Source: Macrostomum lignano
Lineage: Eukaryota
Length of the DNA stretch: 64,000 nt
Direction: 5' to 3'
Assembly: GCA_002269645.1 (NCBI GenBank)
Contig: NIVC01000273.1
Span: 225,165-289,164 of the forward strand
Below the pieces are notes generated by a model. That model ran no database searches and was not told the origin of the DNA. It saw only the letters and a program-made list of their open reading frames with translations. The position numbers were made by a program, and so were the translations under genes. This document shows positions 14,068 to 25,119 of this stretch, in pieces. Within the stretch, counting starts at the first letter, position 1. Each line of letters opens with the position of its first letter.

Positions 14068-14908
14068 ATGGCTTTTTCTATGGATAAAAAGCGTCCTAGT
14101 AGGATTGTCGCCTCAATTAAAAGCATTAGCTCTAAAGACCAAGCCAGCTCTGCAGTTGTAGTTAGCCGCATGTCTGAAGAGGAGCAGGACTTGCTCTTAA
14201 AGCAGCTGGTGAAAATTGAAGCCGAGTCCGAAGACCGGGAGAAGAAAGAGAAGAAAAAAGAGGCCGATGCTAAAAGCATTAGAGAAAGTCGATTCATTGG
14301 TCGTCTTATTGAAAAAATGAGACAAGTGCAAAACGAAAGCTTTACCATCAAAACTCGGTAAGTTAAATTTTTTCGAATATTTTCCCTCAATGAAAAACAA
14401 TTTCCACTACTTAGTTCGTTTCATTTTAGGTTCAACAACGCTAAGGAACTGTGCACCGCTCCAGTTGGCACCGATGAAGCTCAAATGATTGAACAATTCA
14501 ATCACCTGGAAATGTATCGCGAACATGGAAGTATTAGGATGTTTTGCCCGAAAGAAACAAGCGGAATTTGTTGTCGCAATGCGCGAAAAACTCGTCCTGA
14601 GCATCGAAGGCGTTTCGAAAAAACTGGCGATTGACGTAAAGTTCACCCAGCGCCTATTTACTTTTTTGGCGCTAATAACAGCGTACCCACTGCTGGTAAT
14701 TTCTGGGTATTCTTTTGAAACCCTGCTGACTTTCAAAAAGGCAATTGAGAACCGAGCATCAGAAGACGAGAATTTCCGATGCAGCCTTGAACGCAACATC
14801 AACTATCACTTCGAAGGAGAGGACGATGATTTAATGCTTGATGACGCGGAAGAAGACACAATTTCCGCCATCTTAAGTGAAATGGAGGCGTCCACCATCC
14901 ATGAATAA
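14068..14908 (+). CDS. Two-exon 'SSAVVVS/HTH-like' accessory gene, copy 1 (intron 14358-14429; one frameshift near 14515)
   Basis: TATA near 13987; donor CG|GTAAGT and acceptor TTTTAG|G; exon 2 contains LSIEGVSKKLAIDVKFTQRL (helix-turn-helix-like spacing) and YP..SGYSFETLLTFKK. Confidence 0.65.
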
Positions 14909-15349
14909 AATTTTGACAAATATCCAGAAAAAATTCTGGATTTCCAAAAACACATTGAGTGTATATGACTACTATCATTGAATAAAAAGCTTCTATTGTG
15001 CTTCAGCGGGGCAGGTCATTGTGCCATCGGGCGCAGCCCGCGAACCATAGGTTCATTTTTGGATAGGGAATCTTTTGTATTTGCGTCTTCTTTATTCTCT
15101 ATACAAAAAGAGTAAGAAAAAGAGCTATAAAATAAAATCACTCGAGATGCATTTATACTCGCCTTTTTAGTGTCTGCAGCTTCATTTTTCTGTTACTAAA
15201 AATAGACAAAAATGACACACATAACACAAGCACGTTATACGTTCGTTCTATGGCCTCATAACCAAATACCCAGCTCTGCAGGCAACTGGCTACGCTTTTG
15301 AAACGCTGCTCTTTGAAAGGTGGCCATTGAAAAGTTTGCGTCCGAAGAT

Positions 15350-15472
15350 CCAAACTATGACTGCAGGATAACGGCGCCTATTACCATTCGATTCGAAGGA
15401 GAAGACGATGACGAAGACACCCTACTTGCTGAAAGCATGTCGGGCATTTCTACGAATACTATGAGGGAGTAG
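15350..15472 (+). pseudogene. C-terminal fragment of the same family (…IRFEGEDDDEDTLL…)
   Basis: Similar to …YHFEGEDDDLMLDD… of 14489-14908. Confidence 0.4.
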
Positions 15473-15744
15473 TTTTTAATAGCTAACTTAAAAACATTGA
15501 ATGGACAATAAGCACTAGCCACTTTTTATAGTTTGTAATTTTTTAATGTTCAGAATAATGATATAAAATACACAATCTTTATGTCTACCCTATTCTTTTG
15601 TGCCTCCAGTCGTCTCTTTTTCTATTCAATATTACTAAAAATAGACAAAAATGGCACACTATACACAATAATACAATTTGAATGAATTGCAAGTAGGAGA
15701 CCCAGTAGAGTATCGTGGAGAAAATGGGTGGTAGTTTTGTTATA

Positions 15745-16015
15745 GCTGACTGAATATCTAAAGCGTTTCCTAGAAATAATGGTTTACTGAAGACCACTTT
15801 ATATATAAAAAATTACTATTGTAAAATTGGATGACACTTTCAAATTTTATATACCTGAAATTGCATTGAATTGACCCGTGAATCCAATTTTTCTCATGGT
15901 TTTACTCACGAAATCGTGAAAATTGCATTTTTCAAAATTTTTGAAAATCACAAAAAATCGCTGTTTTCAGACCATTTTCACCTGTCATTTTTACTTATTT
16001 TTAGGGATTTTCAAA
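15745..16015 (+). repeat. About 270-bp AT-rich non-coding repeat; other copies at 32350-32625 (+) and 37330-37560 (-)
   Basis: Shared blocks TTTCAAATT...CCTGAAAT.GCATTGA and TTTTCAGACCATTTTCACCT. Confidence 0.7.
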
Positions 16016-16286
16016 ATGAGTGAGGGCATGAGGGCGAGGGCATCCCAGTAGGGCACTCCAGTACCCCAGTGGTTTTTACCGACTTTATTTAATCCTACAA
16101 CTGCAAAACACGCCATTATTCCTTATATTATTCATTTTTAAGAGTCTTACAGCATTATGGGATTTGCAGAGCGTTTTTTCATAAAAAAATAAATATTTTG
16201 CCGCCAGGGAAGAAATCCACCATTGCCCAATATATCGACAGGACAGGGTATGGTGCATCCTGTGCGGCCAACTACCGCTCGTAAAA

Positions 16287-16712
16287 TTGTGCCCGGACGG
16301 TCATTGGACGTGCAATGACTGCCTGCGACTTCTCGCTTGTCGCGCTATCGGCCACTGTAGCCAATGTGGTTGGAATCTCCTACCGACCACCCTTGCCATC
16401 ACATCTACAATACATTACGAGCCTACTCTATGGATATCCGCCGGCTGTATTCCGAGGCTGACTACGATGCAATTGACGCGGGCTATAAAAACATCGCCCG
16501 CCACAATGGCCCACGCAAAGGCCCGGGAGAATCTGCTGCGGATCAGCCGGGAGATAACGCTGGATGCGACAATTACTAGCGAGACGGATGCCTACCTCGC
16601 CATCCTCAATCGCACAGAGGAACCCAGCTATACCCAATTGCAAATCCTGTTTGGACCTCTGGCGGCGCTCATAATTCGGCTGAAATCCGCCATCAACGAC
16701 ATCTTCGCCTAA
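16287..16712 (+). pseudogene. Double-RING family member, N-terminally truncated
   Basis: CPDGHWTCNDCLRLL...CSQC and C-terminal YLAIL..TEEPSYTQLQILFGPLAAL match the 33307 and 44857 proteins. Confidence 0.65.
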
Positions 16713-16964
16713 CTGACAAACTAGTTACACACCAACATTATGAATTACCTCTATTATAGGCAGTACTTAATTCACTAATTACTATGCCCGTATGGCTTAT
16801 TGCTTCTTGCTCGTTACGTAAACTACAATAATCAGCCTCCACTATATGTTCCGGTCAACACTACTCATTGTTCTATACCTAAAATACAAGCCTGTACGCT
16901 TCACTTGAATTAAATTGAATTTAGGTAAAGTTACTTTACGTGAATTTCACTTCAATTAAAATTC

Positions 16965-16995
16965 GAGACGAATTTTTCGTAAAAAGGGGAGATAT
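16965..16995 (+). other. Gypsy-type integrase-tail remnant and polypurine tract
   Basis: ATTCGAGACGAATTTTTCGTAAAAAGGGGAGATAT directly before TG; reads IRDEFFVKRGDIV, resembling the (F/R)xDE..xGG C-terminus that overlaps the PPT in Ty3/Gypsy elements. Confidence 0.65.
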
Positions 16996-17440
16996 TGTAG
17001 AGATCTTCAAACACAGTAGCCTACTAAAAGTAGTAACATAAAGTTATGAATACAAATTTAAAAATAGCTATGTGTCATACTCTATTTTTAGTAATACCAG
17101 TCATATCACGCAAACAGCGAGTGGCTATGCTATTGTTCGAAAAAACCGGTTCTCGACATATATTTTTAGAACTTCCAAATATGGTAAATTTTAACCTGAA
17201 TGTGACCCAAGTCTCACCACTTTCTATTCAAAAACCCCACCTGTCAAATAATAAAATTCCTTTCGTGAACTCATCAAAAAACCGGTTTTGAGCTCAAGGT
17301 CGACTCAAGGCCGAAAAATTGTGTATAAATACAAACGCAAAATCCGAGCTGAAATCTCAGACTCGGAGCAGCCTCCAAAGATCTTGGGCTTTGCAAGAGC
17401 AGCCAACGAGGCTATATCTCTGAGGAAGAGATAAACACCA
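16996..17440 (+). mobile_element. LTR L1 (TG...CA, 445 bp), with PPT upstream and PBS-like site downstream
   Basis: TGTAGAGATC start; TATAAATA near 17324; TCAGAC initiator-like site about 30 nt later; CA followed by ATTGGTAAGC; homologous to L2, L3 and L4. Confidence 0.75.
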
Positions 17441-17442
17441 AT

Positions 17443-18017
17443 TGGTAAGCTTTGTTCAAGTCTTCGTTATTTTGATTATTGAGAGCGATTGTTATTGCCG
17501 GCCGATACTGTTCAGTTGATTTTATTGAGTCTATTGAGTTTGAGGCCTCCCTTTTCCTAAGGGACTGGATAGGATCTGCGGACCGATTCCGATACCCTTA
17601 GAGGGTTATCGATTGATTGATTTTGGTTATCATAGATTAACCGATAGGAGCACACGACTCCGATTCCGTTAGTTCTAGAAGAAGACGCCCTTTCTGGAAA
17701 ACCTCGTATAGAAGTTGATTTTGTTAGTAGGGCGCATCGTTGATATTGATTTCTGCACTCGAGGAATACATTGAATTCTGCACCCGAAGAAATACTGCGA
17801 CGTCGATTTAATTGTTACGCTCTCACTTTCGGCCGATTCTAGACTTCAAGAAGACTACCCAGGGAGGAACAGCTCTAAGGAGACGAGCTCTACAGACACG
17901 CGCGACAAAGAAGAGGAGCCCGCAACAGTAAGTGATCACTGATTTTGTTCCCAGGCTTAAGTGTCTGGAAGTGGGAGTTTTCGGGAGACTGATCACCTCC
18001 CGAATCAACTCTTCACT
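17443..18017 (+). other. Conserved non-coding leader after L1, ending in a hairpin with loop ACTGATCAC (17988-17996)
   Basis: Aligns with 18703-19283, 34613-37165 (split) and 39363-39896. Confidence 0.7.
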
Positions 18018-18054
18018 GTATTCCACCGAAGCCGCTAACCGTTTTGGAACGGTT

Positions 18055-18288
18055 ATGTACACCGGTGAGGAGTCTGTCGGGGTCTATACCTGGCAGAAAT
18101 ATCTAGGAGAGAGTATAGAAGAAGCAAGAAACGCCGATAGTAATGTGAACTATTTCCAAGTAGTATGTGCGCTAGCGAACATGTTACAGACGCAGCTATT
18201 AATTATGAAGGCGTCAACGGAGGACATTAGGCACAACCAGATGATGTACCTGGCGATTATCGAAGGAAAGCTGGGTTATCTGTGCCGG
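18055..18288 (+). pseudogene. First ORF after the L1 leader, cut off by the LTR L2 insertion
   Basis: ATG at 18055; the reading frame runs into the TG start of L2 at 18289. Confidence 0.4.
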
Positions 18289-18700
18289 TGTAGAGATTTC
18301 CAAATAAGATACAAAGTAGACTACTATAAGTAGCAACATGAAGATGCGAAAAACTCGAATGTTACAAAAACTGCAAATTGTCATACTCTATTTTTAAAGA
18401 CCACGAAAACAACAAGTGACCATCTTTTGCAACATTTAAATTTAGAACTCCGAATATGGTATCGGCGCTCAAAGCTAATGTATTCCATAGGGGTCAAATT
18501 TCCAAAGCGCGAAACTGTCACCTACTAAAAATAAGCTGTTTCTCAACAATTTTTCCTATAAATACAAGCCAAAATCCGAGCTAAAAATCTCAGACTCGGA
18601 GCAGCCTCAAAAGATCTTGGGACTCGGAGCAGCCTCTAAAGATCTTGGAGCTTGCTGGAACAGCTAAGCGAGGCTACATCTCTGAGAGAGAAGTAAACCA
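18289..18700 (+). mobile_element. LTR L2 (412 bp), 5'-type with no PPT upstream
   Basis: TGTAGAGATT start; CTACTATAAGTAG block; TATAAATA; TCAGAC; CA followed by ATTGGTGAGC. Confidence 0.75.
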
Positions 18701-18702
18701 AT

Positions 18703-19283
18703 TGGTGAGCCGTTGCTCGAGCTTTTGTTATTGATTTTGAGAGCGATTTATTGCCGGACGCTAATGTCCAGTCGATTTGACTGAGTTCATTGAATTTGAG
18801 GCCTCCCATTTTCCTAAGGGATTGGATAGGATCTGCGGACCGATTCCGATACCCTTAGAGGATTATCGATTGATTGATTTTGGTTATCCTAGATTAACCG
18901 ATAGGAGCACACGACTCCGATTCCATTATTTCTAGAAGAAGACGCCCTTCTTGGAGGACCTCGTTGTTGTTACAGAAAGTAGATTTTATTACAAGGGCGC
19001 ATCGTTGATATTGATTACTGAGCTCAAGGCCTATATTGATTTGCATTCGAGAAATACTGCGACGTCGCCTGATTTGATCGTCACGCTCTCATTCGGCCGA
19101 TTTAAGACTTCAAGAAGATTCCTCCGGAGAAGAAGAAGATTTGAAGAAACGAGCTCGGAGAACCTGCACTACACAGAAGAGGAGCCCGCAACAGTAAATG
19201 ATCACTTTATTTTGTTCCCAGGCTTAAGTGTCTGGAAGTGGGAGTTTTCGGGAGACTGATCACCTCCCGAATCAACTCTTCAC
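18703..19283 (+). other. Conserved leader after L2, hairpin loop at 19255-19263
   Basis: Near-identical to the L1 leader over most of its length. Confidence 0.7.
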
Positions 19284-19331
19284 CGGGTCCTACTTAGAAT
19301 TGATATACCAGAGGAATTTAAGGACCCAACA

Positions 19332-19871
19332 ATGTCTACATCTAGTGCTAATGATTATTCGTACGTAGAGGGTAAGGTTAGGTGGTCGATAACAATCGGC
19401 CAACTATCTTCGCAGAGCCGCATTCATCTGCAGACGGAGTTATTGGGATACGCCTCTACCATCATGACGCCGCTAAATATGGCCATACTATACGATTTTA
19501 TTGGTAACCTGCAGGCTCAAATGAAGTCAAAAGACCAGAAATCGGTAGAGTTAGATGTTAACACTCTACTAGCCATTAATGCCTCAGCGTTTAGTTATGT
19601 ATCACCAGCTGTAACACTACCGAAGCCAGACTATAATAAGCCGGCAGAACTCATCTTTTCGAAGAATGTCGATAGATCGAGTCTTTCTTATCAACTGGCC
19701 AAGACAATGATAGAATGTAATCAAGTAATAGCAAAAGCTATTACAAAGGCCAACGCGAATTTTACAAAATTACAGATGCAGCTTTCGCAGCCAGGAGTGT
19801 CCGAAACAGGATTAAGCGCCCACGCTCTAAACAATGAAAGAAGAGCTGTATTCCAAAACAGGGCCGACTAG
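19332..19871 (+). CDS. Hypothetical 179-aa protein in the gag position
   Basis: Intact ATG ORF (CAACAATG context) about 50 nt after the leader hairpin; no recognisable Gag motif. Confidence 0.55.
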   Translation: MSTSSANDYSYVEGKVRWSITIGQLSSQSRIHLQTELLGYASTIMTPLNMAILYDFIGNLQAQMKSKDQKSVELDVNTLLAINASAFSYVSPAVTLPKPDYNKPAELIFSKNVDRSSLSYQLAKTMIECNQVIAKAITKANANFTKLQMQLSQPGVSETGLSAHALNNERRAVFQNRAD

Positions 19872-19888
19872 ATTCATCGACAAAGAAT

Positions 19889-20911
19889 ATGACAGAATAC
19901 ATCCCCATAGACGGATTTACACGCAATCAGGCTATAATAATATTTGCCGTTGCTAAGTGTCGATTATGCAAAGACATTAGGTACCTGCCGAAAGAAGTGT
20001 ACGAAAAAATTTCTCGCAAATACAACGACAGCTACTGGATAGGTAACGGTGAGTTTGGGACATTTAAACTGTCACCGGAGCAATCGCAGTTGATTGATCC
20101 AGTCAAAAATCCAGATCTGCTGGAATATAGTTCAGATAGTCCTGTAGGTGGATACTCGGTCAACTTAAAGAAGTTGACGGCAACTGCTCTTTCCATTAAG
20201 CCATTGCCAAACAACACAACCGTGCCTGTAGTGACAGGTGAGGCAAGAAACGAGCTTTATAAATTGTATTTTCCATTTGAGAGACAGCCAAGAACCACTC
20301 GCCGCCGTGAGAGGTCGCTCAGTGCCAGACGGCTAGAGTATGACGATGGCACCTCTATGAGGTCAGAGTCGCCATTTCCACGTCCTCTATCACGAGGACA
20401 GTCTCCGTATCGCAGGCCTCAATCGCCGTTTCGGCCACATCAGATGCCGCATCAGATGCCGCATCAGATGCCACAGCCGCCGCCGTACCAACAGCATTCA
20501 CAGCCGACGCCGCCGCCACTGTTGCAGATGCCGCGACCACAGCCGGTATCGCAAATGCCACGACCACAGCCACCTCAGCTGCCGCCACCTCAACTGCCGC
20601 CGCCTCAACTGCCGCCGCCACAAGTAACTCAGCCGTCTCAGCCGCCACAAGTAACTCAGCCGTCTCAGCCGCCTCAGCCGCCACAAATAACTCAGCCGTC
20701 TCAGCCGTCTCAGCCGGCTCAGCCATCTCAGCCGCAAGTGCCGCCGCTCATGATGCCGCCGTTTAATAGGCCGCCGCCGCCACCGCCGCGACCACCTCAG
20801 ACAATGTCGCTGCCTACAACTACCCCATCTCAAGCAATGCCGTCGCTGGCTGCTTCAGAGTCAGAGCAACAATCAAACCCTCGACGGAGTCGAAGCAGGT
20901 CAAGGACGTGA
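19889..20911 (+). CDS. Hypothetical 340-aa protein with a globular N-terminus, Arg/Ser-Pro segment and Pro/Gln repeat tail
   Basis: Intact ORF; RSESPF, QSPYRRPQSPF, PHQM and SQPPQ repeats, terminal RRSRSRSRT. Confidence 0.55.
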   Translation: MTEYIPIDGFTRNQAIIIFAVAKCRLCKDIRYLPKEVYEKISRKYNDSYWIGNGEFGTFKLSPEQSQLIDPVKNPDLLEYSSDSPVGGYSVNLKKLTATALSIKPLPNNTTVPVVTGEARNELYKLYFPFERQPRTTRRRERSLSARRLEYDDGTSMRSESPFPRPLSRGQSPYRRPQSPFRPHQMPHQMPHQMPQPPPYQQHSQPTPPPLLQMPRPQPVSQMPRPQPPQLPPPQLPPPQLPPPQVTQPSQPPQVTQPSQPPQPPQITQPSQPSQPAQPSQPQVPPLMMPPFNRPPPPPPRPPQTMSLPTTTPSQAMPSLAASESEQQSNPRRSRSRSRT

Positions 20912-21331
20912 CTGCCACCTCCGCAAGCAACTCAGCCACCGCCGCCGCTCATGATGCCGCCGCCAATGTTGCAGCTGCCGTCTTCAAATGGTCGAGGACG
21001 AGGAAGAGGAAGTGGGGGGAATACTAACCCCCCAAATCTGCAACCATTCCCGCCGAAGTAATTAGGAATAGTCAGGAATAGTTAGGAATGGTAAAGACTG
21101 CAGTCTTCCTTCCATAATTTTAAATTGCTTTAAAATGTGTTTAAATATGCCAAAATTTTCTCTTTTCGGTTTAGGGTTCCTCTTTTTGGTTTAGGGTTCC
21201 TCTTTTTGCTTTAGGGTTCCTCTTTTTGGTTTAATAATATGCTTATTTTTCGCATATTTTCGGCATTTATTAAATAAAAAATATATTTTTTTAAGATAAG
21301 GTTCTCTTATACTAAATCTTCTATCGCCACA

Positions 21332-23734
21332 ATGAGTCTATCAGTCAGAGAAAAAATTGCCCATTACGTAGATGCTGTGTGTGTATCAGCGGATTACACC
21401 GCTAGTGCTTCTGCTCGTATATTAAAGTACTGTTAACACTTTCCTATCTCTGGTGTGCCACGAGACACTTTGCCGCTCAAATATTGCTTCTTCACATTTA
21501 TCACCGCACCTGACCCTGTAGTTGATAAGCATGTTTTGGAGTGCATCGAAAAACTTCTCTCGGCTTCCTACCAGAAAGACGAATACAGACCTGGTTGGGA
21601 CAGCTCTCAGTACCCAAGCCTGCAATCTACGCGCGTCTGCCTTATTGTGTTACTGGCCTATGGTGGTGTTCCGCGATCACTCTCACCGCCGATACCCATC
21701 TACCAAAATCCACGACTGCTGGATGGTCATAAGCACAAGTTTGACTGCGTCTCAGGCGGTCTAGTAGTCGACCTTAACGAGAAGTCGGAATTCTACCACC
21801 ACTACGCTTACTTGCTGACCGCTGATCGCGCCAATAAAAGGTATGACATAAAGATCGCCACAAAGCTGCTTTTGGAGGAGCTTGTTCTAAGCTCTCTGAA
21901 GGTGGGACTGTCATACTGTGAAGTCATGAAAACACTAGACTTCATGAGATCTGCTGACTTGATTCCGCTTAACTACAAACTCAGCCCAGCACCGCGAAGG
22001 ACAGATGGTAACTTTGCTGAGTACTCTGTGTTTCATATGGAGTTTCACTTATTTGCTAATACAGTTATTAATGGGCTCGACAATACCGATTTGCTGCATA
22101 GAATTGACACTTACTACTGTGAGTTTCTCAAGGTCACAAACAAGGTTGTTCGCAATGACATCCTCTCGCTAGTAAAAGGTGATGAGGCAGGGCGCTACGC
22201 ACATGCTGCTGCTGACTACATAGAGAAGCGTAGAGATCTGTTTGCCAAATTTGACGTCTGCGCAATCTCGGGCCGTAATAAATCGAAAGACTGCTCGCCT
22301 CCAACTGACTCATTCAAAGATCGGTCAACTGAGGTTGCTTTGACGGTTAAGGAGTATGTGAGTGCTAGTAAGCCTCTTATAGAGACTAAGATAAGGGAGA
22401 CGCCGATCGCACCCAGTACAGGTAGAGGGTCTGTGAATACAAGTGCGTATGCGGAGTGGCAGAATAAACGACCACTATCGCCACAGCCAGTATTGCTGAA
22501 CTTGGAGCCGCCAGAGCCGACACCAGAGCCGACACCAGAGCCGAAATTGAAACCAACTATTAAATTTTCAGAGAAAAATAGTTACCGTACTTTTACTAAT
22601 GATGAAGATATTTTTGTAAGTAAGGTCGAACGGGATGCTATGGATGAAGCCGCAAGAGTAGCTAATGAAGTTTGGATGGGATTTGATGATTGGAACGACG
22701 ACATTACCAGTGTATCAGCCGCTGCCGCCGCTGCCGCCGCTGCTGATACTGGTGCCGCTGCCACCGCTGCCGCCGCTGCCGCCGCTGCCGCCGCTGACGA
22801 GACAGATCAGGAGTTTCAGAAGTGGAAGGAGGCTAATCTTCAAAATTTTGAAGATTTCCGAGAGAAATTTACCACCGACACCTTTATAATCCCAGAGAAG
22901 CAAAAGGAGATGGCCGCCACTAAATCGAAATTAGAAGAAGAGATTAACAGCCTATACCAGCAAGTAGAGCAAATTAAAAGTTGGGAAGACTACTTAAGAA
23001 ATTTCCGTGAAGGTATTGATTACGCAACTAGGCTACTTAACGACATAGACAATGGCTACTATAATGATAACCGGCGCACTCTGTCCCATTTTGCCAACGT
23101 AGATGCGGCCGATCTCTTAGCAGAGGTAGACGCCGCCACAGTGAATGCCGCCAGAGTAGATGTAGAACCAGTAGGTGAACCAGCCGTAGAACCAGTAGGT
23201 GAACCAAACGAAGAACCAGACGAAGAAGATCCAGACGACGAAGATCCAGACGACGAAGATCCAGACGACGAAGATCCAGTTGCCGCAGATTCAGTTGCCG
23301 CAGATTCAGTTGCCGCAGATCCAGGTGCCACAACAACCCTGTTTGAGGAGCACTCACAGATTCCAAACAGTGGGGAATTTGGAGCCAGGATTGGAGCTGA
23401 AGTCGGAATCGGAGCCGGAATCGGAGTCGAGGATGAGATTAAAAAACTAGAAGGTAGAATAATTAATGATCTACAAAATCATTTAATTGATGATTTGGAG
23501 AAACGAGTAGCTGGTAAAGTAAATGATGAGATTACATTCATGTTTAAGAGATTAAATAGATTAATAGACACTCACTCGAAAACTCTACAATATTACGAAG
23601 AACAACTTAAGAATGCCGTAGATATGTATCAAGGTATGAATCCGGAAGAGCCGTTGGATAGTGTGTTCGGAGAGTCGCTAATAGGTCATCTGTTAGAGGA
23701 GGATTTGCCAGAGTCATCACAACTGCCGCCATGA
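21332..23734 (+). CDS. About 800-aa hypothetical protein (single in-frame TAA at 21434) with poly-Ala, coiled-coil and acidic repeats
   Basis: ATG at 21332 is in frame with ORF-track 21455..23734; long open frame. Confidence 0.55.
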
Positions 23735-25119
23735 GGTGCAGAAGAAGCTCAAAATCTATGAACTTCTGACGTCGCTGCCTCGGTTGCAACACTGTTAAGT
23801 CCGAGTTTCCTTCTTGTTGGATAACGCTACTCTCATTTTAAGTGAGTACCGCTACCAACGCGACGCAAATATTTGGACTGACCCAGCAGTTCCGCAAGCC
23901 AATCAAATGCCAGAAGGTGCTCATGGTAACGTTGTTATCCCTGGGGCAGCAAATGTGGCAGCAGCTGGTGGAACCGAGGATGTGCAGGAGGGTTAAAGAC
24001 ACAATACGCGCTCGTATACCCAGTAAGTATAAATCTATATCAACCCTGGAAGAACTCTGCCCTATACAATTCGCTGTACACGAAATGAGCGGGAGGAAAA
24101 TCAATATTATTCTGGATCTGAATAATATCGATTTTGGATTGTGCGAGGATCTACAATATCTTGTTCTTTTTCTACCTTCATTCATTTCCAGCCTTACAAC
24201 TAGCTCGCACGTCGCGGAGGAAATTCTCAGCCGGATAGCCCTGCGCACTCAGTGTCTGCTCTTTCCTCCTTTGCATCTGTTTTATGTAAATATAATTGTG
24301 AATAAATGAACTCAGTATGTTTTTTAGTAAGCTTTTGAGTGTGCTTTTCGATTTCTTCTGTTGCCGGAGGACAGATGTTGGTAGAGAAACCGAAAACTAA
24401 AAGAGGCCATTTTGAGTCACCTGATCTGATTAAGGCAGAATTGTTCCCTGTCAAACTAGCCTATGATCTCACTGTAATGAGAGTGGTCATGCAAGTTCAC
24501 AAAGATGCGGAGGTTGAGTTTAAAGATGACACTTGGTATAGGGAATTGGGATTCGAGAAAAAAGTTTATAAGGCAGAACCCGGTGTAAAAATCGACGTCG
24601 AATCGACTTCGAAAATTTTAGGCCGAATCGACGTCGAATGATGTCCCGGTGATTCGACGTCGATTCGAAGTCGAGTTTTTCGGCCTAAATTTCGCGATAC
24701 TTCCTTGATTTTCGCCTCTGAATGTGCCTCAAAACAAACAAAATTCTTTAAAGAAATAACTTAATTTAAATATTCAATACGAGGGTGACTTCATGTAGTA
24801 TATCTTTTGAATGCGCGGCATTAAATCAGAACAAAATAACCGCATAAAATGGAACACAAAAGCTGAAATATGGTTTATTTTTAAAGAAACTACGAGCGCA
24901 GTAAAGAGAAGCTTTGGTATATAAATTAACAAAACAATTACAACGATTAGAAAAGACAACGCAAAAAGTCGGAAAAACTAAAAACTAAGAAATTTATGAT
25001 GAATGGACTTTGATATCCAGCGTCTTTGAGAAGCATATATGAGTATTAGTTCGTATTTAAAAACGTATCATGATGCAGACATCTAAGCACTCCCTTAAAT
25101 TCACTCCTCATGTCGCTTT

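Noticed and set aside
17960-18017. Leader hairpin read on the minus strand as a Helitron 3' end (hairpin then CTAG)
   Set aside because: Homology continues past the CTAG/CTGG, the next base is not T, and no Helitron 5' end or Rep/helicase is seen
21165-21235. Three 20-bp repeats containing TTAGGG as a telomere remnant or telomere-targeting signal
   Set aside because: Only one TTAGGG per unit, embedded in a longer T-rich repeat; not a telomeric array
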